Of a DNA stretch of 64,000 nucleotides, positions 55,121-64,000 are shown one piece after another (within the stretch, counting starts at the first letter, position 1; each line of letters begins with the position of its first letter). The notes beneath the pieces are model-generated. The model saw only the letters and a program-made list of their open reading frames with translations, was not told where the DNA came from and searched no databases. The position numbers and the translations under genes are program-made. This stretch comes from Bacilli bacterium (GTDB lineage Bacteria > Bacillota_I > Bacilli_A > RF39 > UBA660), in the NCBI GenBank assembly GCA_022009835.1, contig CP091726.1, positions 17,205-81,204 of the forward strand, written 5' to 3'.

Positions 55121-56891
55121 CTGTTTTATCATCACTTGGTAATAGAGGATCAGTTGGATTTGTTTTATCTTCTGGTTTTTTTGATATTGTTACTTTTAGA
55201 GTATAACCATTGTAAATAGGGTCTCCTGGATCTCTTCCTTGTGATAATATTATATTTTTCCTCTACATCTGTTGTTTCTTTATATGTTATATCTAAAGTT
55301 AAATTGTTTTCTTTAGCAAAATCTTGTACTTTTGATAAAGTCCATTTCTCTTTGACCATGTCTGGATATACATCTACTTCTGGAATATACAAGATTACTG
55401 TATCTTTAGCATATAACTTTGTTTCTTTTTCTTTATCAAACTTTGGTTCTTGATCTATTATTTGTTCTTCTTTATCTTTATAGTCGGATGTATTTTCTAC
55501 TTCTTTAGTTTTTCATCTCTACTTTAATACCTTTTTAATTCTAGTTTTTGCTTTTTTATTTCATAGTAATTTTTTTCCAGTATAGTCTTCTAGTAATAAG
55601 TATTCTTTGCCAGAAGATTCTACTATTGTAATAGTACTTCCTTTGGTTTTGGTTGAACCAGCTTTTGGCTCTGTTCTTATTACTACTCCTTCTTCAATAT
55701 CAGCATTTTCTTCATCTTTTGTTGTATATTTTAGGCCTCTCTTTTCTACTTCTTTTATAGCTTCCTCAAGAGTAAGGCCTGCTACATCTGGCACTTTTAC
55801 TTCTTTAACATCGTGATTACTAATTAGTAGATATACCAGTGCTAATGCTATTAATATTACTAGAAGAACTCCTGCTAAAATAATTGGTAATTTGTTTTTT
55901 TCATCTTTTTCGTTTAATATTGAATCATCATTATCCATATTTTCTTCTTTTTCTAGTGGTTTATCTACTACTGATTTTTTTGGCTCTTTTGGTATTGGAG
56001 CTATTACTTTTGTCTCTTCTAGGTCATTTTCAGGATATTCATATACTAACCTTTTTTCATTGTCTCTTTCTAAAGCCGTTTGCAAATCATTATACATTTC
56101 TCTTACAGAATCATATCTATTCTTTGGATTCTTAGCAGTAGCTTTTAAGATTATATTTTCTACTGACTGTGGTATTGTAGGATTTTGCTTTCTAACACTT
56201 GGCATTTTTTCTTTCATGTGTTTTAATGCTATTTCGACAGCAGTATCTCCTTTAAATGGTACTGATCCTGTTAATAACTCATACATTAATATTCCTAATG
56301 AATATATATCACTTTTTACTGTAGATCCTTTGCCATTAGCCTGCTCTGGTGGTAAATAGTGGACTGATCCCATTACGGAATTTGTTTGAGTTAATTGTGT
56401 TGAGTTTAAAGCCATTGCTATTCCAAAATCAGTTATTTTGATACGACCATTATCTTCAATCATTATATTTTGTGGTTTTATATCTCTATGAATTATATAA
56501 GCTTCATGAGCATGGGCTAATCCATCTGTTAACTGACTCATTATGTCTATTACTTCTGTTAGGGTTAAAGCTCCTCTTTTTTTGGAGTAATTGCTTTTAA
56601 TGTTTTTTTCCTTCGATATATTCCATTACAATATAATAGTTTCCATCTTCTTCTCCAACATCATATACTTCAACGATATTTGGATGTGATAGATTGGATA
56701 CTGATAAAGCTTCTCTTTTAAAACGACGAATGAATTTTTCATCATTTGAAAGATCTCCTCTTAAAACTTTTATGGCTACTTTTCTTTCGAGAATGGTATC
56801 TTCTGCTAAATAGACATTTGCCATTCCTCCTTCACCAATGGTTTTTATTATTTCATATCGATCATTTATCTTTTTGACCTTTAGTTAACAT
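55121..56891 (-). CDS. prkC: Ser/Thr protein kinase with PASTA repeats, frameshifted
   Basis: [13 protein letters not shown]...VAIKVL; [13 protein letters not shown]; ITDFGIA; one TM; PASTA-like [23 protein letters not shown]... repeats. Confidence 0.9.
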
Positions 56892-57633
56892 TACTTATCA
56901 CCACTTTCCTTTTTCAGATATGCTATTGAAATGTTATCTGTTCCCCCTCTTATATTACTCTTTTTTATTAATTTTTCTACTTGCTCTTCGATTGATGATT
57001 TACTATTTAATACTTTTTCTATTTGTTCATCTGTTACCATATTAGTTAATCCATCACTACATAGGAATAGGCCATTTATGGTATTATCGACATCGAAGAT
57101 ATCTATTTCAATTGGATCATTAGCTCCTAGTGCCCTTGTAAGCAAGTTCTTTCTTGGATGAAACTTGGCTTGCTCAGGAGTTAGTTCTCCTGTTGAAACT
57201 AATAAATTTACTAGGGTATGATCTTTGGTTACTTTATGTAGTTTTTCATTTTTTACTACATATCCTGATGAATCTCCTATATTTCCATAAAGGATATAGT
57301 CATCTGTTTTTACTGCTATTACTAGGGTTGTTCCCATTCCTTTACTTTCTGGATGAACAGAGGTATATTCAAATATTTTTTCATTTATTTCTTTTACTAT
57401 TTTTTTCTTAACCAATCTATTCCTTCTTCTTTCTTACCTATTGTTTCCATACTTTCAAAACTTTGAACTATATGTTCTATAGCTATATTTGAAGCTATTT
57501 CTCCAGCTTTATGTCCTCCCATTCCATCTGCTACCGCTAGAATGAATTCATTATTTTTATTGCCAACTATTATTACACTATCTTCATTATGTGTTCTTAC
57601 TTTTCCGGCATCTGTCATATAAAATGTTTGCAT
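56891..57633 (-). CDS. prpC: PP2C-family Ser/Thr phosphatase, one frameshift
   Basis: TDAGKVRTHNEDS...AVADGMGGHKAGEIAS...; GMGTTLV; LCSDGLTNMV; GGTDNISI. TAATG overlap with prkC. Confidence 0.9.
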
Positions 57634-57647
57634 TTTTTCACTTCCTC

Positions 57648-58669
57648 TTAATTATTAGCTCTTAATTGACCACATGCAGCATCAACAGAGCCTCCAAATT
57701 CTTTTCTTATTGTTACATTTATCTTATTTTTCTTTAGTATATCATAAAACTTCATAATTTTCCACTCTTTTGTTCGTTTAAATTCAATATTTTCTGTTTC
57801 ATTATATGGTATTAGGTTAACATAACAATTTATTCCTTTTAATAATAAGGCTAATTCTTTAGCATTTTCTTCACTATCATTTACATTATCAAGCATTATA
57901 TATTCAAAGGTTACTCTACGATTTGTCTTATTTATATATTCTTTTATTGTTTCCATTAATTCATTTAAAGGATATGCTTTATTGATAGGCATTATTCTAC
58001 TTCTAAGGGTGTCAGTAGGGGCATGTAAGCTTATGGCTAGGTTTACTTGTCCTTCTTCATTCATAAACTTCTTTATACCAGGAATTACTCCACATGTTGA
58101 TATGGTTATATGTCTTGAACCGATATCGATTCCTTTACCACAATTTATTATTTTTACAAATCTTAAAACATTATCATAGTTATCAAATGGCTCTCCTATT
58201 CCCATTAATACTACATGAGTTATTCTTTTATTTATATCTTCTTCTATTTGAAGGATTTGCTGTACTATTTCATAGGCTAATAAGTTTCTTACTTTTTTTA
58301 ATCTTCCACTTTCACAAAAAGCACAGGTCATGTTACAACCTACTTGAGATGATACACAGATACTTGTTCCGTAATCATGAAACATTAATACGGATTCTAT
58401 CTTGTTTCCATCTTCTAATTCAAATAGATATTTATTGACATTCTTGCCTTGTTGTTTTACTAACATTTTTTTAATTTTATAGAAAGAGAAATCTTGTTTT
58501 TAGTTTTTTTCTCTTACTTCTTTACTTATATTTGTCATATCATCAAATGATGTTACTCTTCTTTTTATATAGGGCTTCATATACTTGAACTGCTCTAAAC
58601 TTTTTTTCATTTATTGATATGAAATAGTCTTCTAATTCTTTTTATTGTTAAATCATATATATTTCTCAT
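57648..58669 (-). CDS. rlmN: 23S rRNA/tRNA (adenine-C2)-methyltransferase, radical SAM, frameshifted near the 5' end
   Basis: CVSSQVGCNMTCAFCESG (CxxxCxxC). VLMGIGEPFDNYDNV. ISTCG. LAISLHAP. VTFEYIMLDNVNDS. ACGQL. Confidence 0.9.
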
Positions 58670-58697
58670 TTTTTTCACTTCTAACTTTCCATTATTA

Positions 58698-59285
58698 TTA
58701 TACCAAAAATATGTTATTAAAAACATATTTTTGATTATTTTTTTCTTTATGTTCTTTGTGTTCATGATGTGAATGTCCTCTTATTCCATATCTTTTGGTT
58801 ATTGGATCTTTGAATAAGAAGCTTTTTATTGGTAATAATGTTAATACCATATAGGAACCGAATATTATAAATAATACTAATACTGATATGTATGCATAAA
58901 AGAAATGTAATGCTTCCATATTTATTACATAGTTAAATACTAGATTACTTATAATAATAGTTAAATAGAATATTGTGATATCTATTGGTAATATGGCTTT
59001 TTTGGTTATTAATTGATAGGCATAAAATAGTAATGGTATTAGCACTATTATTACTAATATACTTAAGGCTTTAGCTTCAAAGTAATTGGGATTAAGGCCA
59101 TATACCGCTCCATCATATAGTGTCCATATAAAGGTTGGAGTTAAGGCTATTTTGATATGTTCCCAAGTACTTTCGTTTACTGCTGCAAAAAGGGATACTA
59201 CTTTATTATGTCCTGACCATTCGTACATGAAATGTAAAAGCGTTCCTATTACCGATATAAAAATTATAGCTATTACTGTATTCAT
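58698..59285 (-). CDS. polytopic membrane protein with His-rich C-terminus (intact)
   Basis: Intact 195-aa ORF, about 5 TM helices, tail GIRGHSHHEHKEHKEK. Adjacent to a heavy-metal ATPase operon. Confidence 0.6.
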   Translation of the reverse strand: MNTVIAIIFISVIGTLLHFMYEWSGHNKVVSLFAAVNESTWEHIKIALTPTFIWTLYDGAVYGLNPNYFEAKALSILVIIVLIPLLFYAYQLITKKAILPIDITIFYLTIIISNLVFNYVINMEALHFFYAYISVLVLFIIFGSYMVLTLLPIKSFLFKDPITKRYGIRGHSHHEHKEHKEKNNQKYVFNNIFLV

Positions 59286-59425
59286 ATGTCCTCCTATTTA
59301 CAATATAATTATATATTATTTTTTATTTATTACAACTAGTTATTTTTAATAAAATCACAACAATTAAAAAAACGAGTAATTCCTTATGATATATGGTTTT
59401 TACTCATTTTTTTGCTGTCAAATAG

Positions 59426-61492
59426 TTATTTATTATTATTTAATAATCTTAGAGTATTTAGAATGCATAATACTGTTACACCGACATCAGCAAAGACAGC
59501 CTCTAGCATTGTTGATACTCCTAGTAGAGTTAATATTAGTACTAATAATTTTATACCTATAGCAAAGATTAGATTTTGATTTATTATCTTTCCTGTTTTC
59601 TTAGATATGTTTATAGCAGTTATTATTTTATCTAAGTTATCATTCATTATTACGACATCTGATGCTTCGATAGCGGAGTCTGTTCCTAGAGAGCCCATAG
59701 AAATACCTAGATCTGCTAGTTTTAGAACTGGAGCATCATTGATACCATCTCCAACAAAGGCTACGATTGTTCCTTCTTTTTTGTTTTTGATTATTTTTTC
59801 TAAATAGTTATATTTATCATTTGGTAACATACCATAATTTACATCTTCGATATTTAGTTCTTTAGATATTTCTTCGGCTTTTTCTTTGGTATCTCCAGTA
59901 AACATATGAACTGTTATATTCATATCTTTTTAATTTTTTTATTGTTTCTTTAGCAGTACTTTTTTTATTTCGTCTTTTTATTTCGATATCTGCGACTAGA
60001 CTATCATTTATTGTTAGATAGATATTACTACTTTCTTCTTTGATACCACAATATTTAGGAGTTCCTATTTTTATTTTATCTTTTTTATAAGTAAATTCTA
60101 TTCCTTTTCCTGATACTTCTTTAAAGTCTTTGATATCTTTATGAGATACTTCTTTATTATATTTTTTTAATATTGATTTAGCAATAGGATGATTTGAAAG
60201 AGATTCTCCTTTAGCAAAGATTTCCATTACATTATCTTCAGTATAGTCTTTATTGTGGATATTTATTTTTGATATATAGAACTCTCCTGTTGTGATAGTT
60301 CCTGTTTTATCAAAGGCTATTTCTTTGATATTTTTGATACTATCTAGATAGTTACTTCCTTTTACTAGTATTCCTTCTCTAGATGATGCTCCAATACCTG
60401 AAAAGTATGATAGTGGTATTGATATGGCTATAGCACATGGACAAGATATTACTAGTATTGTTAAGCCTTTATAGATACTTTCACTATATGTTAGATTTGT
60501 AAATAGTGGTAATACGACTGCTGTTAGAATGGCGATTATGATTACTCCTAATGTATATTTAGATGAGTATTTTTGATACTACTTTTTTTCGGTTTTGGGT
60601 TTTTTTCTTTCGGTAGCAGTTTCTACTAATTCTAGTATTTTATTTACTGTTGAATCTTTATAGATTGATGTTACTTTTTACTTCTAGTAAACCTCCTTTA
60701 TTTATACTTCCTGATAAGATGTTATCTCCAATATTTACTGATATTGGAAGTGATTCTCCAGTTAAGGCACTTGTATCTAACATGGAAGAACCTTTTACTA
60801 TGCTTCCATCTAGTGGTACTCTTTCTCCTTCTTTAATTACGATTATATCTCCGACTTTTATTTCGGTTGTTGGAACTACTATTATTTTATTATTTTTCCT
60901 TTTAAATTTGATGTTTCTTCTTTGATATCCATAAGTTCGGCTACTGAGTTACGACTTTTATTTACAGCCATGCTTTCTAATACTTTTCCTAAATCATATA
61001 AGAATAGGACCATTAATCCTTCATGGGAATCTCCTAGTGCAAAAAGCACCGAGAGCAGATATTGTTACTAGGAAGTTTTTCATTTATTACTTTCTTTCTT
61101 AATTGTTTAATAGCGGTTAATAGTGTTTTTATATATTAGGATTATATAGGCTACTACTATTAAGATAGTACTTAAATAGTTTGATAATTTTAGTACTATT
61201 CCAAGTAATCCTATTAAACCTCCTAGTACTATTCTATAGATATCTATATTTTTTTAATTTTCTTTTTAATTTTATCTTCACTTAAAAATAGCACCTGGTT
61301 CTATTTCACTTACTATTTTTTTATATAAGTAAAAAGCATCTTTTTAGGTTTGTTTCCACAGTTACTGTTGATGAATTAAAATTAACGATGGCTTTTTTTG
61401 ATATTTTTTTATCTTCATTTAATTTATTTTTCAATGGTTTTTAGCACAATTAGCACAGTCTAGATTTTTTTGATATTATATTTATATTTCAT
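59426..61492 (-). CDS. heavy-metal (Cd/Zn/Co-type) P1B-type ATPase, frameshifted
   Basis: N-terminal HMA LDCANCA. TM6 SCPCAIAISIP. FDKTGTIT. MFTGDTKE. VGDGINDAPVL. Confidence 0.85.
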
Positions 61493-61808
61493 TTATATGT
61501 TCCTTTCCAATATTAAATAGTTTTTTCACATGGTCATCACTTAGTTCGTAGTAGACTGTTTTTCCTATCTTGGTATATTTTACTAATTTTGCTGATTTTA
61601 GTATTCTTAGTTGATGTGAAATAGCGGATTGTGTTCCTCCAACTAGTGTTGCTATATCGCTAACACATAATTTATTTTCTAATAAGACATTTATTATTTT
61701 TACTCTTGTTGAATCTGCAAATACTTTGAATAGTTCTGCTATATCAATAATTGTATCTTCTTCAAGTAATTCTTTTTGGACTTTCTTTATATCTACATTA
61801 TCTATCAT
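61482..61808 (-). CDS. ArsR/SmtB-family metalloregulator (CadC-like), intact
   Basis: ELFKVFADSTRVKIINVLLENKLCVSDIATLVGGTQSAISHQLRILKSAKLVKYTKIGKTVYYEL. Overlaps the start of the ATPase gene. Confidence 0.85.
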   Translation of the reverse strand: MIDNVDIKKVQKELLEEDTIIDIAELFKVFADSTRVKIINVLLENKLCVSDIATLVGGTQSAISHQLRILKSAKLVKYTKIGKTVYYELSDDHVKKLFNIGKEHINEI

Positions 61809-61824
61809 ATTATTTCTCCTTATT

Positions 61825-61848
61825 ATATATGAATATATATTCATATAT
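61825..61848. promoter_or_regulatory. 24-bp perfect palindrome, candidate ArsR/CadC operator
   Basis: ATATATGAATAT|ATATTCATATAT, 17 nt upstream of the regulator ATG. Confidence 0.45.
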
Positions 61849-61971
61849 TTAAATAATACCACTATTACTAAAAGATGTCAATATGTTTATATTATTTTTT
61901 TATCAAACATATTTATTATATATAAATTAATTATTATGTACTGTGATTATTCTAAGAAGAAATAATTTTAG

Positions 61972-62050
61972 TTTTGAGATTACAAGCTCAAAACTTTTTT
62001 CTAATGACCTTAGGCATTAGAAAACGGCGAACAACAAAGTGTGAGACGAT
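61972..62050. repeat. tandem-hairpin element, copy D, plus conserved linear tail
   Basis: TTTTGAG-ATTACAAG-CTCAAAA; TCTAATG-ACCTTAGG-CATTAGA; tail AACGGCGAACAACAAAGTGTGAGACGAT (compare copy C). Confidence 0.6.
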
Positions 62051-62055
62051 ACTGA

Positions 62056-62080
62056 AAAAGAATCTATTTAATAGACTCTT
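62056..62080 (-). terminator. rho-independent terminator after the VanY-like gene
   Basis: Minus strand AGAGTCTATT-aa-ATAGATTCT followed by T5. The stop codon lies inside the stem. Confidence 0.6.
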
Positions 62081-62626
62081 TATCTTTATATTCTTCTAGT
62101 GTTAGGTTATTGTTATAGATATTACTAGCTATATTTCCTACATATCTTAAATGCCATGGTTCATAACTATATTTGGTTATATCTTCTTTTCCTTCGGGAT
62201 ATCTTATGATAAAACCATATCTATGACTATTTTGATGTATCCATTTAGTTTCTATTTTATCTTCAACATCATGTTCTATATAACATTTTCCATCTTTATA
62301 TATACAAAAATCTAAGGCTAATCCTGTTTGATGTTCACTCTTACCAGGAGATGCTATTCTTGTTATGGCATAGGTAAATCCTTTTTCTTCTAGTAATTTA
62401 TTGTATATTTTTTCTTGATAATCATAATCTCGATAACCACTTACTATATCGATATGATATCCATATCTTAAGGCTTCTCTTTTTTTAGTTCTTGAAATGC
62501 TTCTAGGGCTTTATTATCTAGTAATATGTTTTTCTTTATATTCACTATGAACATTTTTCTAATGTATTTGGTATATATGCTCTTGGCAGGGGATTATCTT
62601 TATTTACTAAAAATACTATAATCCAT
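62064..62626 (-). CDS. M15-family D-Ala-D-Ala carboxypeptidase (VanY-like), frameshifted
   Basis: SGYRDYDYQEKIY...SPGKSEHQTGLALDF...WIHQNSHRYGFIIRYPEGKEDITKYSYEPWHLRYVG. Confidence 0.75.
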
Positions 62627-62812
62627 AGATACCTCCTACTGTATTATATGTTATAAAAAAAGAAATAGATACTATTTTTAATTTATCTATATCTTTCTTT
62701 ACTTTATTTATTTTTGGTATTTAGAGTAGTTATTTTTATCTTATAAGTCTTGTTTTTTTGTGTTTTTCGAGATTTTTGATTATTTTTCTTTGATTATTTC
62801 ATAATTTTTCCT

Positions 62813-63001
62813 TTAATATTTTTTTAGATTTTCTATCTCTTCAGTTAATTCTTGATGTTCTTTTAGGTAGTTATTTAATTCTTTATTTTTGTTGCTTAGG
62901 GTTACCTTTTGATATAGGGTATATACTAGAAGGCTAAATACTATTAGGGTTATGATGATTATTATTGTAGTTAATATTTTGTTTATTTTTTTATTTCTCA
63001 T
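62813..63001 (-). CDS. small TM plus coiled-coil protein (intact)
   Basis: Intact 62-aa ORF. TM ILTTIIIIITLIVFSLLVYTL. Start overlaps the stop of the upstream gene. Confidence 0.5.
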   Translation of the reverse strand: MRNKKINKILTTIIIIITLIVFSLLVYTLYQKVTLSNKNKELNNYLKEHQELTEEIENLKKY

Positions 63002-63954
63002 TAGTAATATAACGCCTTCTTTCCATAATAGTTATATCTTTCTTTGAAGATACTCTTTGACTGGTATTTGGCTTTACCATCTATTGGGTCTGATATTATA
63101 ACTTTATCTTCGGTATAGCCTATTATTACTACAGCATGTTCGTTGGCCTTCCAGTAAATTGTTTCTCCTGTTGGTTCATATATCCAAGACCTTGATATAT
63201 AAGGGACTGCTAGTGACATGGAAGTCCATACCATAACTGGTTTTCCTGTTTTTACTACTTCTAGTATTTTTTCAAAACTGGTTCCTGTTGCTATTTTGAT
63301 ACCACTTTTATATTGGTTAGCAACATTAGCAATTGGTTTTTCATATACTCCGTAAGCATTTAAACTATAGGGATTACCTATAAACTCTACTTCAGGATTG
63401 CCTCCATATAGTTTGCCATTTTTTGTTACGGGAACACTTCCTTTTGGTAATTTATTTATGATATCGTCAGGAGTTACTGCTACTCCATAGTAATTTAGAA
63501 GAATGGTTAAGGCTACTGATTCACAACCGGTTGGATAGTTGGGATACTGATTGATAAATGGCACATTTGAAATATAGAAACTATTTTTTTCAGCATTCTC
63601 TTTGACTAGTTTATAGTACTCTTTTTGAAGACTTGATAGTTTGTCTTCGAGGTCTACGATGGTATTTTCTAGTGATGTTATATCTTCTTCAAGGTCCTTA
63701 GAGATTGTTTTTTCACTAGTCATTATTTCCTCTATATCTTCATCATTAAAGGCTGAGACCGCGAGTAAATCTGATACTGAGGTATTTAAAGTTTCTTTTT
63801 CTTCTTTTAAAGTACTTATATCTTTCTTATCTTTTAGGTCTTCTTCTAGTTTGGTATTAGATGCTTTTAGGGCTACTATATCGTTATTTAGTATTAGTAT
63901 TTCTGATATCATTAATAGTAATACTATGGTAAAACCTAGTAGTGTTTTTTTCAT
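63001..63954 (-). CDS. C39-like cysteine peptidase (YvpB-like) with N-terminal anchor and coiled coil (intact)
   Basis: Intact 317-aa ORF. FINQYPNYPTGCESVALTILLNYYG (catalytic Cys context) ... NEHAVVIIGY...ISDP (His/Asp context). Confidence 0.8.
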   Translation of the reverse strand: MKKTLLGFTIVLLLMISEILILNNDIVALKASNTKLEEDLKDKKDISTLKEEKETLNTSVSDLLAVSAFNDEDIEEIMTSEKTISKDLEEDITSLENTIVDLEDKLSSLQKEYYKLVKENAEKNSFYISNVPFINQYPNYPTGCESVALTILLNYYGVAVTPDDIINKLPKGSVPVTKNGKLYGGNPEVEFIGNPYSLNAYGVYEKPIANVANQYKSGIKIATGTSFEKILEVVKTGKPVMVWTSMSLAVPYISRSWIYEPTGETIYWKANEHAVVIIGYTEDKVIISDPIDGKAKYQSKSIFKERYNYYGKKALYY

Positions 63955-64000
63955 AACTACTCCTCTTTTCTTTTTTATAATTTGGTTATGTTTGGATGGC

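Noticed and set aside
1-64000. Alternative genetic code (TGA = Trp, as in Mollicutes) as the cause of the fragmented ORFs in this very AT-rich sequence.
   Set aside because: Where I repaired genes (C5 methylase, prkC start, sigK, uvrA), the conserved sequence continues in a different frame after the break, not through an in-frame TGA. The breaks are indels. The sporulation genes also argue against Mollicutes.

Overview
This is a very AT-rich (about one-quarter GC by eye) chromosomal segment from a spore-forming Firmicute. Evidence for that: pro-sigma-K, a SigH-like sigma next to rlmB and mrnC, yqeG-yqeH, and rlmN-prpC-prkC-rsgA-rpe in Bacillus-like order. Almost all genes are on the minus strand.

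Layout:
- 1-4.8 kb: HAD hydrolase, histidine phosphatase, an orphan C5 DNA methyltransferase, a 3'-truncated BceA-like ABC ATPase, and a BceS/BceR-like two-component system.
- About 4.9-39.6 kb: a roughly 35 kb mosaic accessory/defence region.
- 39.6-64 kb: core genes (uvrA, rlmB, mrnC, yqeH, sigK, rpe, rsgA, prkC, prpC, rlmN, a cadC-cadA-like operon, a VanY-like peptidase, a C39-like peptidase).

The accessory region contains:
- an ABC-type ATPase remnant;
- a Bro-N protein and an orphan AbiEi;
- an about 8.5 kb large-serine-recombinase/TnpV element. It carries a stand-alone reverse transcriptase with an upstream GC-rich structured non-coding locus, plus a BcgI-like (nuclease-methylase + S subunit) restriction-modification pair;
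- a truncated amidase, a UDG-family gene, and two DUF3800-like genes;
- a second Abi/UG-class reverse transcriptase followed by small membrane and zinc-ribbon proteins, bracketed by about 0.9 kb direct repeats;
- a roughly 1300 aa SMEK-like/P-loop NTPase giant protein;
- a metallophosphoesterase/HExxH pair;
- an ABC-F gene with a leader-peptide attenuator;
- a HerA-like ATPase with no usual partner.

Several short non-coding repeat families mark module boundaries. A covarying tandem-hairpin element recurs four times.

Caveat: nearly every gene, including essential ones, is broken by single-base indels, mostly in A/T runs. This looks like a long-read assembly artefact. Most CDS coordinates here are hand reconstructions across frameshifts and are approximate. 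I saw no rRNA, tRNA or CRISPR array.
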